Positions 9,231 to 17,853 of a stretch of 54,328 nt of DNA are shown piece by piece. The stretch is from positions 1 through 54,328 of the forward strand of contig JBKHJA010000003.1 of NCBI GenBank assembly GCA_046538375.1, in the 5' to 3' direction. A program made the position numbers and the translations under genes. Numbering within the stretch: position 1 is the first letter of the stretch; every line of letters begins with the position of its first letter. Source of the DNA: Candidatus Aminicenantes bacterium. Lineage in GTDB: Bacteria; Acidobacteriota; Aminicenantia; Aminicenantales; Aminicenantaceae. The notes under the pieces were generated by a model that saw nothing but the letters and a program-made list of their open reading frames with translations, made no database searches and was not told where the DNA came from.

Positions 9231-10411
9231 GGTTGTCCTTTGCCTAAGGAGTGCAGGTAGTCTAGAATGCCTTGATAGATTCCCTGAGCGACCTGTTGGC
9301 GGTAGTGAGGGTCCTTTAATTGCTCCTCTTCTTGTGAATTGCTCAGATGAGATATCTCCACCAGAACAGAGGGCATTTCCCCTCCGATGAGAACCCAAAA
9401 AGGGCCGCCTTTGACTCCCAAATCTTTGACCTCTCTGTATTTCTGGGAGAGACATTTGACCAGGTTTTTTTGTATTTTTTCTGCCAGATCTTTGGATTCC
9501 ACGATTTTGCTGTTCTGGACAATTTTTTTGATGATTTCTTTCATCTCACTGATGTTTTTGGTGGAGGTGGCATTTTCGCGGGCGGCAATTTCATTGACCG
9601 AAGGATCTTGGCTGAAATTGAGAAAGAATGTCTCCACGCCGCGGCGCTTCTTGCTGGGATGAGCATTGGCGTGAATGGATATGTATAAATCTGCCATTTT
9701 TTGATTGGCGATCACTGTCCGATTTTCAAGGGGGATAAAGATGTCCGATTCTCTGGTCAATACCACCTCCAGGCCCATATTTTGGCTCAGCAGTTTTTCC
9801 AGCCGACGGGAGACATCCAGGACAATGTTTTTTTCTTGAAGGCCCTTCCTGCTGATGCACCCTGGATCCTGGCCGCCGTGGCCGGGGTCTATGACCACCC
9901 TTTGGATTCCCAATCCCAACTGACGGGCGATACTGTATCCTGAGCTGGATGGTTCTGGAGGCTGGGGAGTCTTTGACGAAGAGGGCTCAACATCTGTGGC
10001 TTGAGGGTAGATATCGAAGACTACCCTGAAGGGGTCGAAGAGATGCCAGACGCGGTATTTCTTAACCTTTTGGAAGTCGAGATCAGCCACTACCCTCACC
10101 GTGGTCCTTGTTTTTTGGGCAATGCGTATCTGGTGGAGATAGGCATTTTTGACCAGAAATGTTTTTCCGTGGAGAATAGGATTCAGTTTGGCCTGATAGA
10201 TATCCACATACACCCGGTCAGGATTTTGCAGTTGATTGTAGCTGTACTCCCGAAGAGTCCCGATATCCACCACAATCCGGGTATAAGTAGGATGAGTGTA
10301 GGAACGAAGATCATAGATTTCTACGCGGGTGTCCTGTTTGGCAGAGGAAAGCCACTGCCAGGAAAGGGTCAGCAGAAGAAAGAGGATAGGTCGCAGATGT
10401 TGATGCTTCAT
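9227..10411 (-). CDS. amiC: N-acetylmuramoyl-L-alanine amidase (AMIN + Amidase_3)
   Basis: Signal peptide; TRIVVD/PDRVYVD AMIN repeats; DPGHGG, EK, SIHAN, LVE Zn/catalytic motifs. Confidence 0.9.
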   Translation of the reverse strand: MKHQHLRPILFLLLTLSWQWLSSAKQDTRVEIYDLRSYTHPTYTRIVVDIGTLREYSYNQLQNPDRVYVDIYQAKLNPILHGKTFLVKNAYLHQIRIAQKTRTTVRVVADLDFQKVKKYRVWHLFDPFRVVFDIYPQATDVEPSSSKTPQPPEPSSSGYSIARQLGLGIQRVVIDPGHGGQDPGCISRKGLQEKNIVLDVSRRLEKLLSQNMGLEVVLTRESDIFIPLENRTVIANQKMADLYISIHANAHPSKKRRGVETFFLNFSQDPSVNEIAARENATSTKNISEMKEIIKKIVQNSKIVESKDLAEKIQKNLVKCLSQKYREVKDLGVKGGPFWVLIGGEMPSVLVEISHLSNSQEEEQLKDPHYRQQVAQGIYQGILDYLHSLGKGQP

Positions 10412-10454
10412 GATTGACTATGATATGTGGACTTTACTCTGCACTACCTTATAA

Positions 10455-10483
10455 ATTCTATATAAATTATAGATTACTATCAA
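10455..10483 (-). promoter_or_regulatory. Putative sigma70 promoter of the amidase operon
   Basis: Minus strand TTGATA-17nt-TAGAAT. Confidence 0.55.
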
Positions 10484-10496
10484 TGCCACTCTTCCC

Positions 10497-11699
10497 TCAC
10501 GCCCCGAATTTTTTCAGCTTTCCGGCATGAGCCAGCATCAAAGACATGGCGTAGACAGCCGGAAATCGGCCCAGATGACCACGGCCGCACTCTATTTCAG
10601 AGAAGAATTTCACTTGATCGGTGCGGACATTTTGGGAGTAAAGGAGGAACGGGTTAGGATGCCAGGAATGGGATTTCAGGGAACAGGGGGTGGAATGATC
10701 AGAAGTCACCACCATCACATCCGGTTTCAGGGCTAAAAGGCGAGGAAGCAGGCGGTCGACTTCTTCGATGACTTCTTTTTTGGCCTCAAAATTCCCGTCT
10801 TCACCAGCGGAATCTGTCTTTTTGACATGGATGTAGAAAAAATCATAACGGCTGTAGTTTTTCTCAACTGACTGGAAAAGAGGATTCAGGCCCTCTTCAG
10901 GGTGGACGATATCCATCCCTATCAGCTTGGCCAGGCCCTTATACATGGGATAATGAGCGACGGCCACAGGTTTCAATTTGAAGAGTTCTCTCATGGTGGG
11001 AATAGAGGGATGTTTGGAAAATCCCCGCAGAAGGATAGTGTTGGCCGGGGAAGAATGGCTCAGCACAGCGGTCGCTTCATCCAGAAAATCGTTGACTTTT
11101 TTGGCTGTCTCCTCTGCCTCTGAGGCGAGAGGACGGACATGAGCCCTGGGCATTCCTTCTTTTTGAGGGTCCGCATCGGTGAGGGAGTCAGAGAGCCCTT
11201 GGCCTGTGAATTTGGCCACAAAACGGTGCTCTTTCCCTGGGAAAACGGCGATCTTCGTTTCTTCTCGCTTTTTCAGGGAACTGTTGAGTTTTTGGCAGAG
11301 CGTCTGGTTCTTGCTGGTAGGAATTCTCCCAGCTCTGCGGTCAACAATAAGGCCGTCTTTCAGAGTGGCAAAGTTTCCTCTGGCTACCAGATCGTTTTTT
11401 CCCACCTCCACTCCTATTCCCAGTGCTTCTAGAATGCCGCGGCCCAGCATGTACTTTGTAGGAGAGTACCCAAACAGGGCAAGATGGGCGGGCCCGCTTC
11501 CAGGAGTGATGCCCATAAAAACAGGATCTGTCAGGCCACAGGCGCTTTTAGCTGCCAGATCATCCAGGTGAGGGGTAGCGGCAGCTTCCAGAGCTGTTTT
11601 TCCCTCAACAGGAAGATCGCCCAGGCCATCCATGACCAGCAGGAGAATTTTTGAGGGTGTTTCCAATGATAATTCTCTTGCCATATCTTCCCAGTCCAT
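10497..11699 (-). CDS. apgM: 2,3-BPG-independent phosphoglycerate mutase (archaeal ApgM type)
   Basis: DGLGD, TPGSGPAHL, RGILEALG, DRRAGRI, TSDHSTP. Confidence 0.92.
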   Translation of the reverse strand: MDWEDMARELSLETPSKILLLVMDGLGDLPVEGKTALEAAATPHLDDLAAKSACGLTDPVFMGITPGSGPAHLALFGYSPTKYMLGRGILEALGIGVEVGKNDLVARGNFATLKDGLIVDRRAGRIPTSKNQTLCQKLNSSLKKREETKIAVFPGKEHRFVAKFTGQGLSDSLTDADPQKEGMPRAHVRPLASEAEETAKKVNDFLDEATAVLSHSSPANTILLRGFSKHPSIPTMRELFKLKPVAVAHYPMYKGLAKLIGMDIVHPEEGLNPLFQSVEKNYSRYDFFYIHVKKTDSAGEDGNFEAKKEVIEEVDRLLPRLLALKPDVMVVTSDHSTPCSLKSHSWHPNPFLLYSQNVRTDQVKFFSEIECGRGHLGRFPAVYAMSLMLAHAGKLKKFGA

Positions 11700-11710
11700 C
11701 TTAGGAAAAA

Positions 11711-11739
11711 ACTATAAGAGATTATGCCCATGAAGTCAA
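11711..11739 (-). promoter_or_regulatory. Putative sigma70 promoter of apgM
   Basis: Minus strand TTGACT-17nt-TATAGT, 11 nt before ATG. Confidence 0.65.
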
Positions 11740-11865
11740 TCATTACAAAAACTTGAGCCTTTCCATTTTTTGGTCTGCGGCTGTCGGAAATGACGGGGAT
11801 GTGCCGTGAAAGAACCCATACCACCCACCAGAAAAAATGCAATCCTTACCTGAAAACATCTCCAA

Positions 11866-11917
11866 AAGCGTGCTGACGACCCCCCATCCCTCACCTCCTA
11901 TTACGAAAATTGAAATG
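11866..11917 (+). repeat. Dispersed intergenic repeat copy
   Basis: AAGCGTGCTGACGACCCCCCATCCCTCACCTCCTATTACGAAAATTGAAATG, about 6 differences from 47808-47858. Confidence 0.85.
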
Positions 11918-11961
11918 TTTACACCTTTTTTACTTTTTTGTTTTTGTGATAAAATCGATAC

Positions 11962-13494
11962 ATGGATAAGGTCCTCATCCTCGACTTCGGCTCTCAATAC
12001 ACCCAGTTGATTGCCAGGAAGATAAGGGAACTGGGTGTTTATTCTGAGATTGTTCCTTCCCATTTTTCCTTATCTCGAATAAAGCATGAAAAACCAGCGG
12101 CCGTGGTTTTTTCTGGCGGTCCCAGGAGTGTTTACCAAAAGAACGCCCCTCTTCTTTCCCCAGAAATTTTCAACATGAAAATTCCTGTGTTGGGTATTTG
12201 TTATGGACTTCAGCTCATGGCCTATCTCTTAGGAGGCAAGGTTCACACATCGATAAAGGGGGAGTACGGATTGGCGCAGTTAAAAGTTCTGAACAGGAGA
12301 GGATTGCTTGCCGGGATAAATGACAATACCCAGGTGTGGATGAGCCATGGAGATAGAGTGGAAACCGTTCCTGCTGGTTTTGCGGTTTCGGGAATGACTG
12401 AAAATTCCACTGCGGCGGTGATGGAATGGCCGCAGAGGAAAATGTTCGGAGTCCAGTTTCATCCCGAGGTTATCCACACCGAACAGGGGGATGAGATCCT
12501 CTCCAATTTTCTCTTCTCCCAGGCAGGCTTGAAAGCCGAATGGAAGATCAGCTCTTTTCTCCCCAGAAAAATTGCCCAGATTAGAAGCCAGGTGAAGGAA
12601 GATAAAGTTATCTGTGGTCTCAGCGGAGGAGTGGATTCTCTGGTCACAGCATTGATCATGCGCAAGGCTGTTAAGGAGAACCTGACCTGCATCTTGGTCG
12701 ACAATGGTCTGCTGAGAAAGGGGCAGTACCAGGCATTGATGAGGAAATTCAGAGACCGGTTTGACCTGAATGTCATCGGCGTGGATTCTTCGCAGATGTT
12801 TTTGGAAAAACTGAAGGGAGTCACTTCTCCGGAAAAAAAGAGGAGGACAATCGGCCAACTGTTCATCCATATATTCGAAAAGGAAGCAGAAAAGATAGGA
12901 GATATCGAATATCTGGCTCAAGGAACCATTTATCCTGATGTGATCGAGAGCAATCCAGTCAAAGGGCCTTCTTCTTCCATCAAATCTCATCATAATGTGG
13001 GAGGTTTACCTTCTTCTCTGCCCTTCAAATTGATTGAGCCGTTAAGAGAGCTGTTCAAGGATGAAGTCAGGAAGCTGGCTGAGGAGCTGGGTCTAGAAAG
13101 AAATTTCGTCTTACAGCATCCTTTTCCCGGCCCCGGATTGGCTGTGCGGATGGTGGGGGAAGTCACTCCAGAGAAGATTGATCTTTTGAGGAAAGCCGAT
13201 GATATTCTCCTGCAGGAAGTGAAACGGGAGGGTTTGTACGAGAAGTTATGGCAGGCTTTTGCGGTTTTGCTTCCGGTAAAAACAGTGGGAGTGATGGGCG
13301 ATAGGCGGACTTATCAGAGAGTGGTGGTGATTCGCCTTGTTCGCAGCCTCGACGGGATGACCGCTGATTGGTATCCTGCTTCGCCCCAGTTTTTAGCCCG
13401 CATATCCAATCGAATAGTCAATGAAGTTGACGGAGTCAATCGTGTTGTTTATGATATTACCACCAAGCCTCCTGGCACCATAGAATGGGAGTGA
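11962..13494 (+). CDS. guaA: GMP synthase (glutamine-hydrolysing)
   Basis: LDFGSQYTQLIAR, GICYGLQ, QFHPEV, SGGVDS, IKSHHNVGGLP, KPPGTIEWE. Confidence 0.98.
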   Translation: MDKVLILDFGSQYTQLIARKIRELGVYSEIVPSHFSLSRIKHEKPAAVVFSGGPRSVYQKNAPLLSPEIFNMKIPVLGICYGLQLMAYLLGGKVHTSIKGEYGLAQLKVLNRRGLLAGINDNTQVWMSHGDRVETVPAGFAVSGMTENSTAAVMEWPQRKMFGVQFHPEVIHTEQGDEILSNFLFSQAGLKAEWKISSFLPRKIAQIRSQVKEDKVICGLSGGVDSLVTALIMRKAVKENLTCILVDNGLLRKGQYQALMRKFRDRFDLNVIGVDSSQMFLEKLKGVTSPEKKRRTIGQLFIHIFEKEAEKIGDIEYLAQGTIYPDVIESNPVKGPSSSIKSHHNVGGLPSSLPFKLIEPLRELFKDEVRKLAEELGLERNFVLQHPFPGPGLAVRMVGEVTPEKIDLLRKADDILLQEVKREGLYEKLWQAFAVLLPVKTVGVMGDRRTYQRVVVIRLVRSLDGMTADWYPASPQFLARISNRIVNEVDGVNRVVYDITTKPPGTIEWE

Positions 13495-13639
13495 GAAAGG
13501 ATCTGCAGGGCGCTTGGGATGAGACCGAAAAGTCCAATCTTTTTAGAGAGTTCAATCCGCCATTCATCGGTCGGACAAAATTTATTGAAAGGTCCAAGCC
13601 GTTCCATTCCTGCGATGGCATCCTCTCATAGAGTGATTT

Positions 13640-13663
13640 CCTATCACGGGAAAAGAAATGCTT
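13640..13663 (+). repeat. Partial copy of the dispersed repeat (3' tail)
   Basis: CCTATCACGGGAAAAGAAATGCTT vs CCTATCACGGAAAAAGAAATGCTT at 47838-47861 (1 mismatch). Confidence 0.7.
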
Positions 13664-13678
13664 GGCTGAGAGTGAGAT

Positions 13679-16600
13679 ATGGAACCTGTTTTCGTTCATC
13701 TTCATAATCATTCAGAGTTCAGCATTCTGGATGGAGCTTTAAAGATAGACTCCTTGATTGAAGCAGCCTGGAAGAGCAACATGCCGGCCTTGGCTCTCAC
13801 CGATCACGGCAACATTTTTGGAGCAGTGAATTTTTTCAGGAGGGCCGAAAAGAAAGGAATCAAACCCATCCTGGGGTGTGAACTCTATGTGGCTCCACAA
13901 AGCCGCTTCCATAAAAAGGCAGAGAAAGGGAAATCCGTTCATTTTCACCTGGTTGTTCTGGTTAAGAATGAAAAGGGATACAAAAATCTCTGTCAACTCA
14001 TCACCAAAAGTTATTTAGAGGGTTTTTACTACCGCCCCCGGATAGATAAAGAAATTTTGGCCCAGTATGGAGAGGGCCTGGTGGGACTATCAGGCTGTAT
14101 CAAAGGAGAGATCAGCCATTTTCTTTTATCAGGAGAGGAGGATAAAGCGGAGAGAGCAGCCTTGGAGTATGCTTCCATTTTTTCCAGGGGGGATTTTTAT
14201 CTTGAACTCCAGGATCATGGGCTTAAGGAAGAAAAAGAAGCGAATCCTCTCCTAGTCGCTCTCGGGAAGAGGCTGGGTCTTCCTGTAGTGGCCACCAATG
14301 ACTGCCATTATCTCCATAAAAGTGATGCAGAGACTCAGGATATCCTCATCTGCATCCAGACAAATAAAAAAGTTGGCGATCAAGATAGGATTCGATTCGG
14401 GACTGATCAGTTCTACTTTAAATCCAGTTCGGAGATGATGGATTTGTTCAAAGATGTTCCTGAGGCGGTGAAGAATACAGCCAAAATTGCTTCCCAGTGT
14501 CATTTTAAGTTTCCCACTTCAGGTCACTTCCTCCCTCAATTCAAAGCTCCGGGAGGAATCCCGCTGAGTGAGTATTTTGACCAGGTGGTTAAAGAAGGAT
14601 TTGAAATCAGCGTGGAGAAGGTTCTTAGAGAGGAAAAGGAAGACCGTGCCCTCACTCTTCAGCAGTACCATCAGAGATTGGAGAAAGAGATGGAGCTGGT
14701 CAAGGAAATGGGTTTTGAAGGGTATTTTCTTGTTGTCTGGGATCTCATTCAGAAGGCCAAGACCGAGAAAATTCCTGTGGGACCAGGCAGAGGTTCGGCT
14801 GCTGGCAGCCTGTTGGCTTACAGTTTAGGTATCACTGACCTTGATCCTTTGGAGTACAATCTTCTTTTTGAAAGATTCCTGAATCCAGAGAGAATCAGTC
14901 TTCCCGATATTGACATCGATTTCTGCGGGAGGCGAAGAGATGAGGTCCTACATTATGTGACTCAAAAATATGGCCGGGAAAACGTATGCCAGATCATCAC
15001 TTTTGGCACCATGGCAGCTCGTCAGGCCGTCCGTGATGTGGGCAGGGCTTTGGAGGTTCCGCTTCCTGAGGTGGACAGAATCGCCAAGATGATTCCTCCT
15101 TTCGGTCCGGACGCCACCATAGGAGGAGCAATCAATAATATCCCCCAGTTGAAACAACTGAGGGACAAAAACACCAAGATTGCTCACCTCCTGTCTATTG
15201 CCCAAAAATTAGAAGGTCAGGTTCGTCATCCTTCCATCCATGCTGCCGGGATTGTCATTGCTCCCCGGCCTTTGGTGGAGTTTATGCCCCTGTATCAATC
15301 GACCAGAGGCGAGATAACCACTCAATTTCCGATGCAGGATATCGAAGCCCTGGGGCTGCTGAAGATGGATCTTTTGGGGCTTCGCAACCTGACAGTGATT
15401 CAGGATACCGTTGAACTCATCAATAGAGATTCAGGGAAGAAGATCCAATTGGATGATATTCCTCTGGATGATCAAAAGACATTCGATGTGTTTAAAGCTG
15501 GAAACACGGATGGAGTTTTTCAATTTGAAAGTCCAGGCATGAAAGATCTGCTCAGAAATTTCAAGCCGGAAAGTTTCCGAGATTTGATTGCTTTGAATGC
15601 CCTTTACAGACCTGGCCCTTTGAAAAGCGGGATGACCGATGAGTTCATAAAAAGAAAAAATCATCCGGAACGAATCAGCTACGAATTTGCCGAGCTCGAA
15701 CCAATCCTGAAGGAGACCAAGGGAATTATCGTTTACCAAGAGCAGGTGATGCAGATTGCCACCGAACTGGCCGGTTTTTCACTGGCTGAGGCTGATATCC
15801 TTCGCAAAGCCATGGGGAAAAAAGAGACAGCCATGATGAAGGCTCAAAGACAGCGGTTCATCCAGGGGGCCAAGAAAAAAGGAATAAGTGCTTCCAAAGC
15901 CAGCAAGATTTTTGACCAGATAAAATACTTTGCCGGATATGGTTTCAACAAATCGCACAGTGCAGCTTATGCCCTTTTGGCCTACAGAACGGCCTATCTC
16001 AAGGCTCATTTTCCGGTCTATTTCTTAGCCGCCCTCCTCACTTCAGAAGCAGAAAGAGGAGCCACTTCCCAAGTGGTGAAATATACAACCGAATGCAAAG
16101 AAATGGGAATTAAAGTTCTGCCTCCTGATATAAACGAAAGTGAATTCAATTTTACCGTGGATCACGGGCATATCCGCTTCGGACTCTCTGCTGTTAAAAA
16201 CGTGGGAGAGGGAGCGGTGGAGGCTTTACTCAAGTCCCGCAGTTCGAGAGGGAAATTTACTTCTCCTTTTGAGATTTTCCAAGAAATCAATCCCAAAGTG
16301 GTTAACCGCAAAGTGGTTGAAAGTCTGATAAAAGCAGGAGCTTTTGATTCTTTAAAATGGAAGAGATCCCAGCTTTTCCACATGGTAGACAAGATGATAA
16401 ACTATGCCCATGACATTCAGAAAATCAAATCGTCGAAGCAGAATCTCCTGTTTGGCCGCCGAGAACTTGAACCTCCTCCCATTCCTGCGGAAATAAAGCG
16501 GATGCCGGAATGGGATGAAAGCCTTTTTCTTTCCTATGAAAAAGACGCCTTAGGTTTTTTTATCACCGGTCATCCTCTGGCTCAATTCGGCAACCTGCTG

Positions 16601-17155
16601 AAGCGGCTGGTTTCTCATTCCATAAATCAGTTGGATGACGAGAAAGATTTTGACAGCGAAATAAGAGTGGCCGGGGTCATTTCCTCTTTAAAACCCCTTA
16701 AGACCAAAAAAGAAGAAAGAATGGCCACTTTCATCCTAGAAGACCTCAGCGGTCGGATAGAGGTGGTGGTTTTTCCCGACAGTTATAAAAGGCATTATGA
16801 ATACTTGAGCGAAGATCTGATGGTATGGGTGAAGGGAAAATTCCTGGGAGAAGGCGAAAGTCGAAGAATTCATCTTATCCACCTCATGCCCCTTGAAGAG
16901 GCTTTCCGTGAGCAGGCCAAGAGAATGGTCCTGAGGATTTTTCTCCCCGGGATCGAGGAGTCGATCTTTGATAACCTGAAGGCCATGCTGGACAAGAACC
17001 GAGGCCCCTGTCCAGTTATCTTTGAGCTGGAAACACCTCATTCCTACCGGATGGTGGTTCAGTCTGTGGATATCCAAGGGGTTTCTCCTTCAGAAGAGCT
17101 CACTAAGGATATAGAACGATTGTTAGGGGATGACTCAGTCTTTATTGAATACTGA
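13679..17155 (+). CDS. dnaE: DNA polymerase III alpha subunit
   Basis: PHP domain HLHNHS/TDHGN, GRGSAAGS, PDIDIDF, GFNKSHS, OB fold. Confidence 0.98.
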   Translation: MEPVFVHLHNHSEFSILDGALKIDSLIEAAWKSNMPALALTDHGNIFGAVNFFRRAEKKGIKPILGCELYVAPQSRFHKKAEKGKSVHFHLVVLVKNEKGYKNLCQLITKSYLEGFYYRPRIDKEILAQYGEGLVGLSGCIKGEISHFLLSGEEDKAERAALEYASIFSRGDFYLELQDHGLKEEKEANPLLVALGKRLGLPVVATNDCHYLHKSDAETQDILICIQTNKKVGDQDRIRFGTDQFYFKSSSEMMDLFKDVPEAVKNTAKIASQCHFKFPTSGHFLPQFKAPGGIPLSEYFDQVVKEGFEISVEKVLREEKEDRALTLQQYHQRLEKEMELVKEMGFEGYFLVVWDLIQKAKTEKIPVGPGRGSAAGSLLAYSLGITDLDPLEYNLLFERFLNPERISLPDIDIDFCGRRRDEVLHYVTQKYGRENVCQIITFGTMAARQAVRDVGRALEVPLPEVDRIAKMIPPFGPDATIGGAINNIPQLKQLRDKNTKIAHLLSIAQKLEGQVRHPSIHAAGIVIAPRPLVEFMPLYQSTRGEITTQFPMQDIEALGLLKMDLLGLRNLTVIQDTVELINRDSGKKIQLDDIPLDDQKTFDVFKAGNTDGVFQFESPGMKDLLRNFKPESFRDLIALNALYRPGPLKSGMTDEFIKRKNHPERISYEFAELEPILKETKGIIVYQEQVMQIATELAGFSLAEADILRKAMGKKETAMMKAQRQRFIQGAKKKGISASKASKIFDQIKYFAGYGFNKSHSAAYALLAYRTAYLKAHFPVYFLAALLTSEAERGATSQVVKYTTECKEMGIKVLPPDINESEFNFTVDHGHIRFGLSAVKNVGEGAVEALLKSRSSRGKFTSPFEIFQEINPKVVNRKVVESLIKAGAFDSLKWKRSQLFHMVDKMINYAHDIQKIKSSKQNLLFGRRELEPPPIPAEIKRMPEWDESLFLSYEKDALGFFITGHPLAQFGNLLKRLVSHSINQLDDEKDFDSEIRVAGVISSLKPLKTKKEERMATFILEDLSGRIEVVVFPDSYKRHYEYLSEDLMVWVKGKFLGEGESRRIHLIHLMPLEEAFREQAKRMVLRIFLPGIEESIFDNLKAMLDKNRGPCPVIFELETPHSYRMVVQSVDIQGVSPSEELTKDIERLLGDDSVFIEY

Positions 17156-17196
17156 AAGCTTCTGTTTAGCCTATTCTAAGATTTTCGAAAATTGAG

Positions 17197-17808
17197 ATGG
17201 CTTATAAAGTGATGGTGGCTCACAGCAGCCCGGTGATTCAGAAAGCAGCCCGGATGGCTTTCTCAAGTCCAGAATTTGAAATCTATGTTTTTGATGATGG
17301 GCAGGAAGTGCTCAATCAACTTGACAAGATCGATCCCCATGTCATCCTGCTGGGGCTTTCTCTTCCCCGCAGGGATGGTTATGAAATAAGTCGGTACCTG
17401 AAGGCTCAGGAACAGTTCAAAAAAACAGCTCTTTTTCTGCTGCAGGGAGTTTTCGAGCCTATGGACAGGAAAAAGAGCGCTGAACTCGAATATGATGATA
17501 TTATTCAACTCCCGTTCGATTCTCAAAGCTTGATCCATCTGGTAAAGACTCATGTCCAGAGAAAGAATGATCCTCAAACCCTTCCCGAAGAACCCACGCC
17601 AGGAGTTTTTTTTGATCCGGAACAGGAGGAAGAGCTTGAAGCCAGAATCAAGGCCGTAGTAAAAAAAGAAAGTTTGGAAGTGGAGAGGGAACTGGAAAAG
17701 AGAATCAAAACCCAGCTTCTGGCAGAGATGGAGTCCTTCATCATGGCCAAGCTGGAAGACATAAAAAAGAAACTAAAACTGAACAAAGAAAAGAAAAACG
17801 TGAACTAA
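17197..17808 (+). CDS. Atypical (pseudo-)receiver domain protein with helical C-terminus, RomR-like
   Basis: CheY-like pattern (DGQEVL...P.VILL.LSLP..DGYEI) lacking the Asp residues; Pro/Glu linker; charged helical tail; upstream of valS. Confidence 0.65.
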   Translation: MAYKVMVAHSSPVIQKAARMAFSSPEFEIYVFDDGQEVLNQLDKIDPHVILLGLSLPRRDGYEISRYLKAQEQFKKTALFLLQGVFEPMDRKKSAELEYDDIIQLPFDSQSLIHLVKTHVQRKNDPQTLPEEPTPGVFFDPEQEEELEARIKAVVKKESLEVERELEKRIKTQLLAEMESFIMAKLEDIKKKLKLNKEKKNVN

Positions 17809-17853
17809 ATTGGTAAAATAGGGATTCCTATTTATCAGATTGTGGAGTTCAGG

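Noticed and set aside
9231-9455. Upstream extension of the DUF362 ORF
   Set aside because: It overlaps the amidase catalytic domain; the Tat signal at 9230 is the natural start
11866-11917. CRISPR repeat
   Set aside because: Copies are dispersed kilobases apart, not regularly spaced; no cas genes in the window
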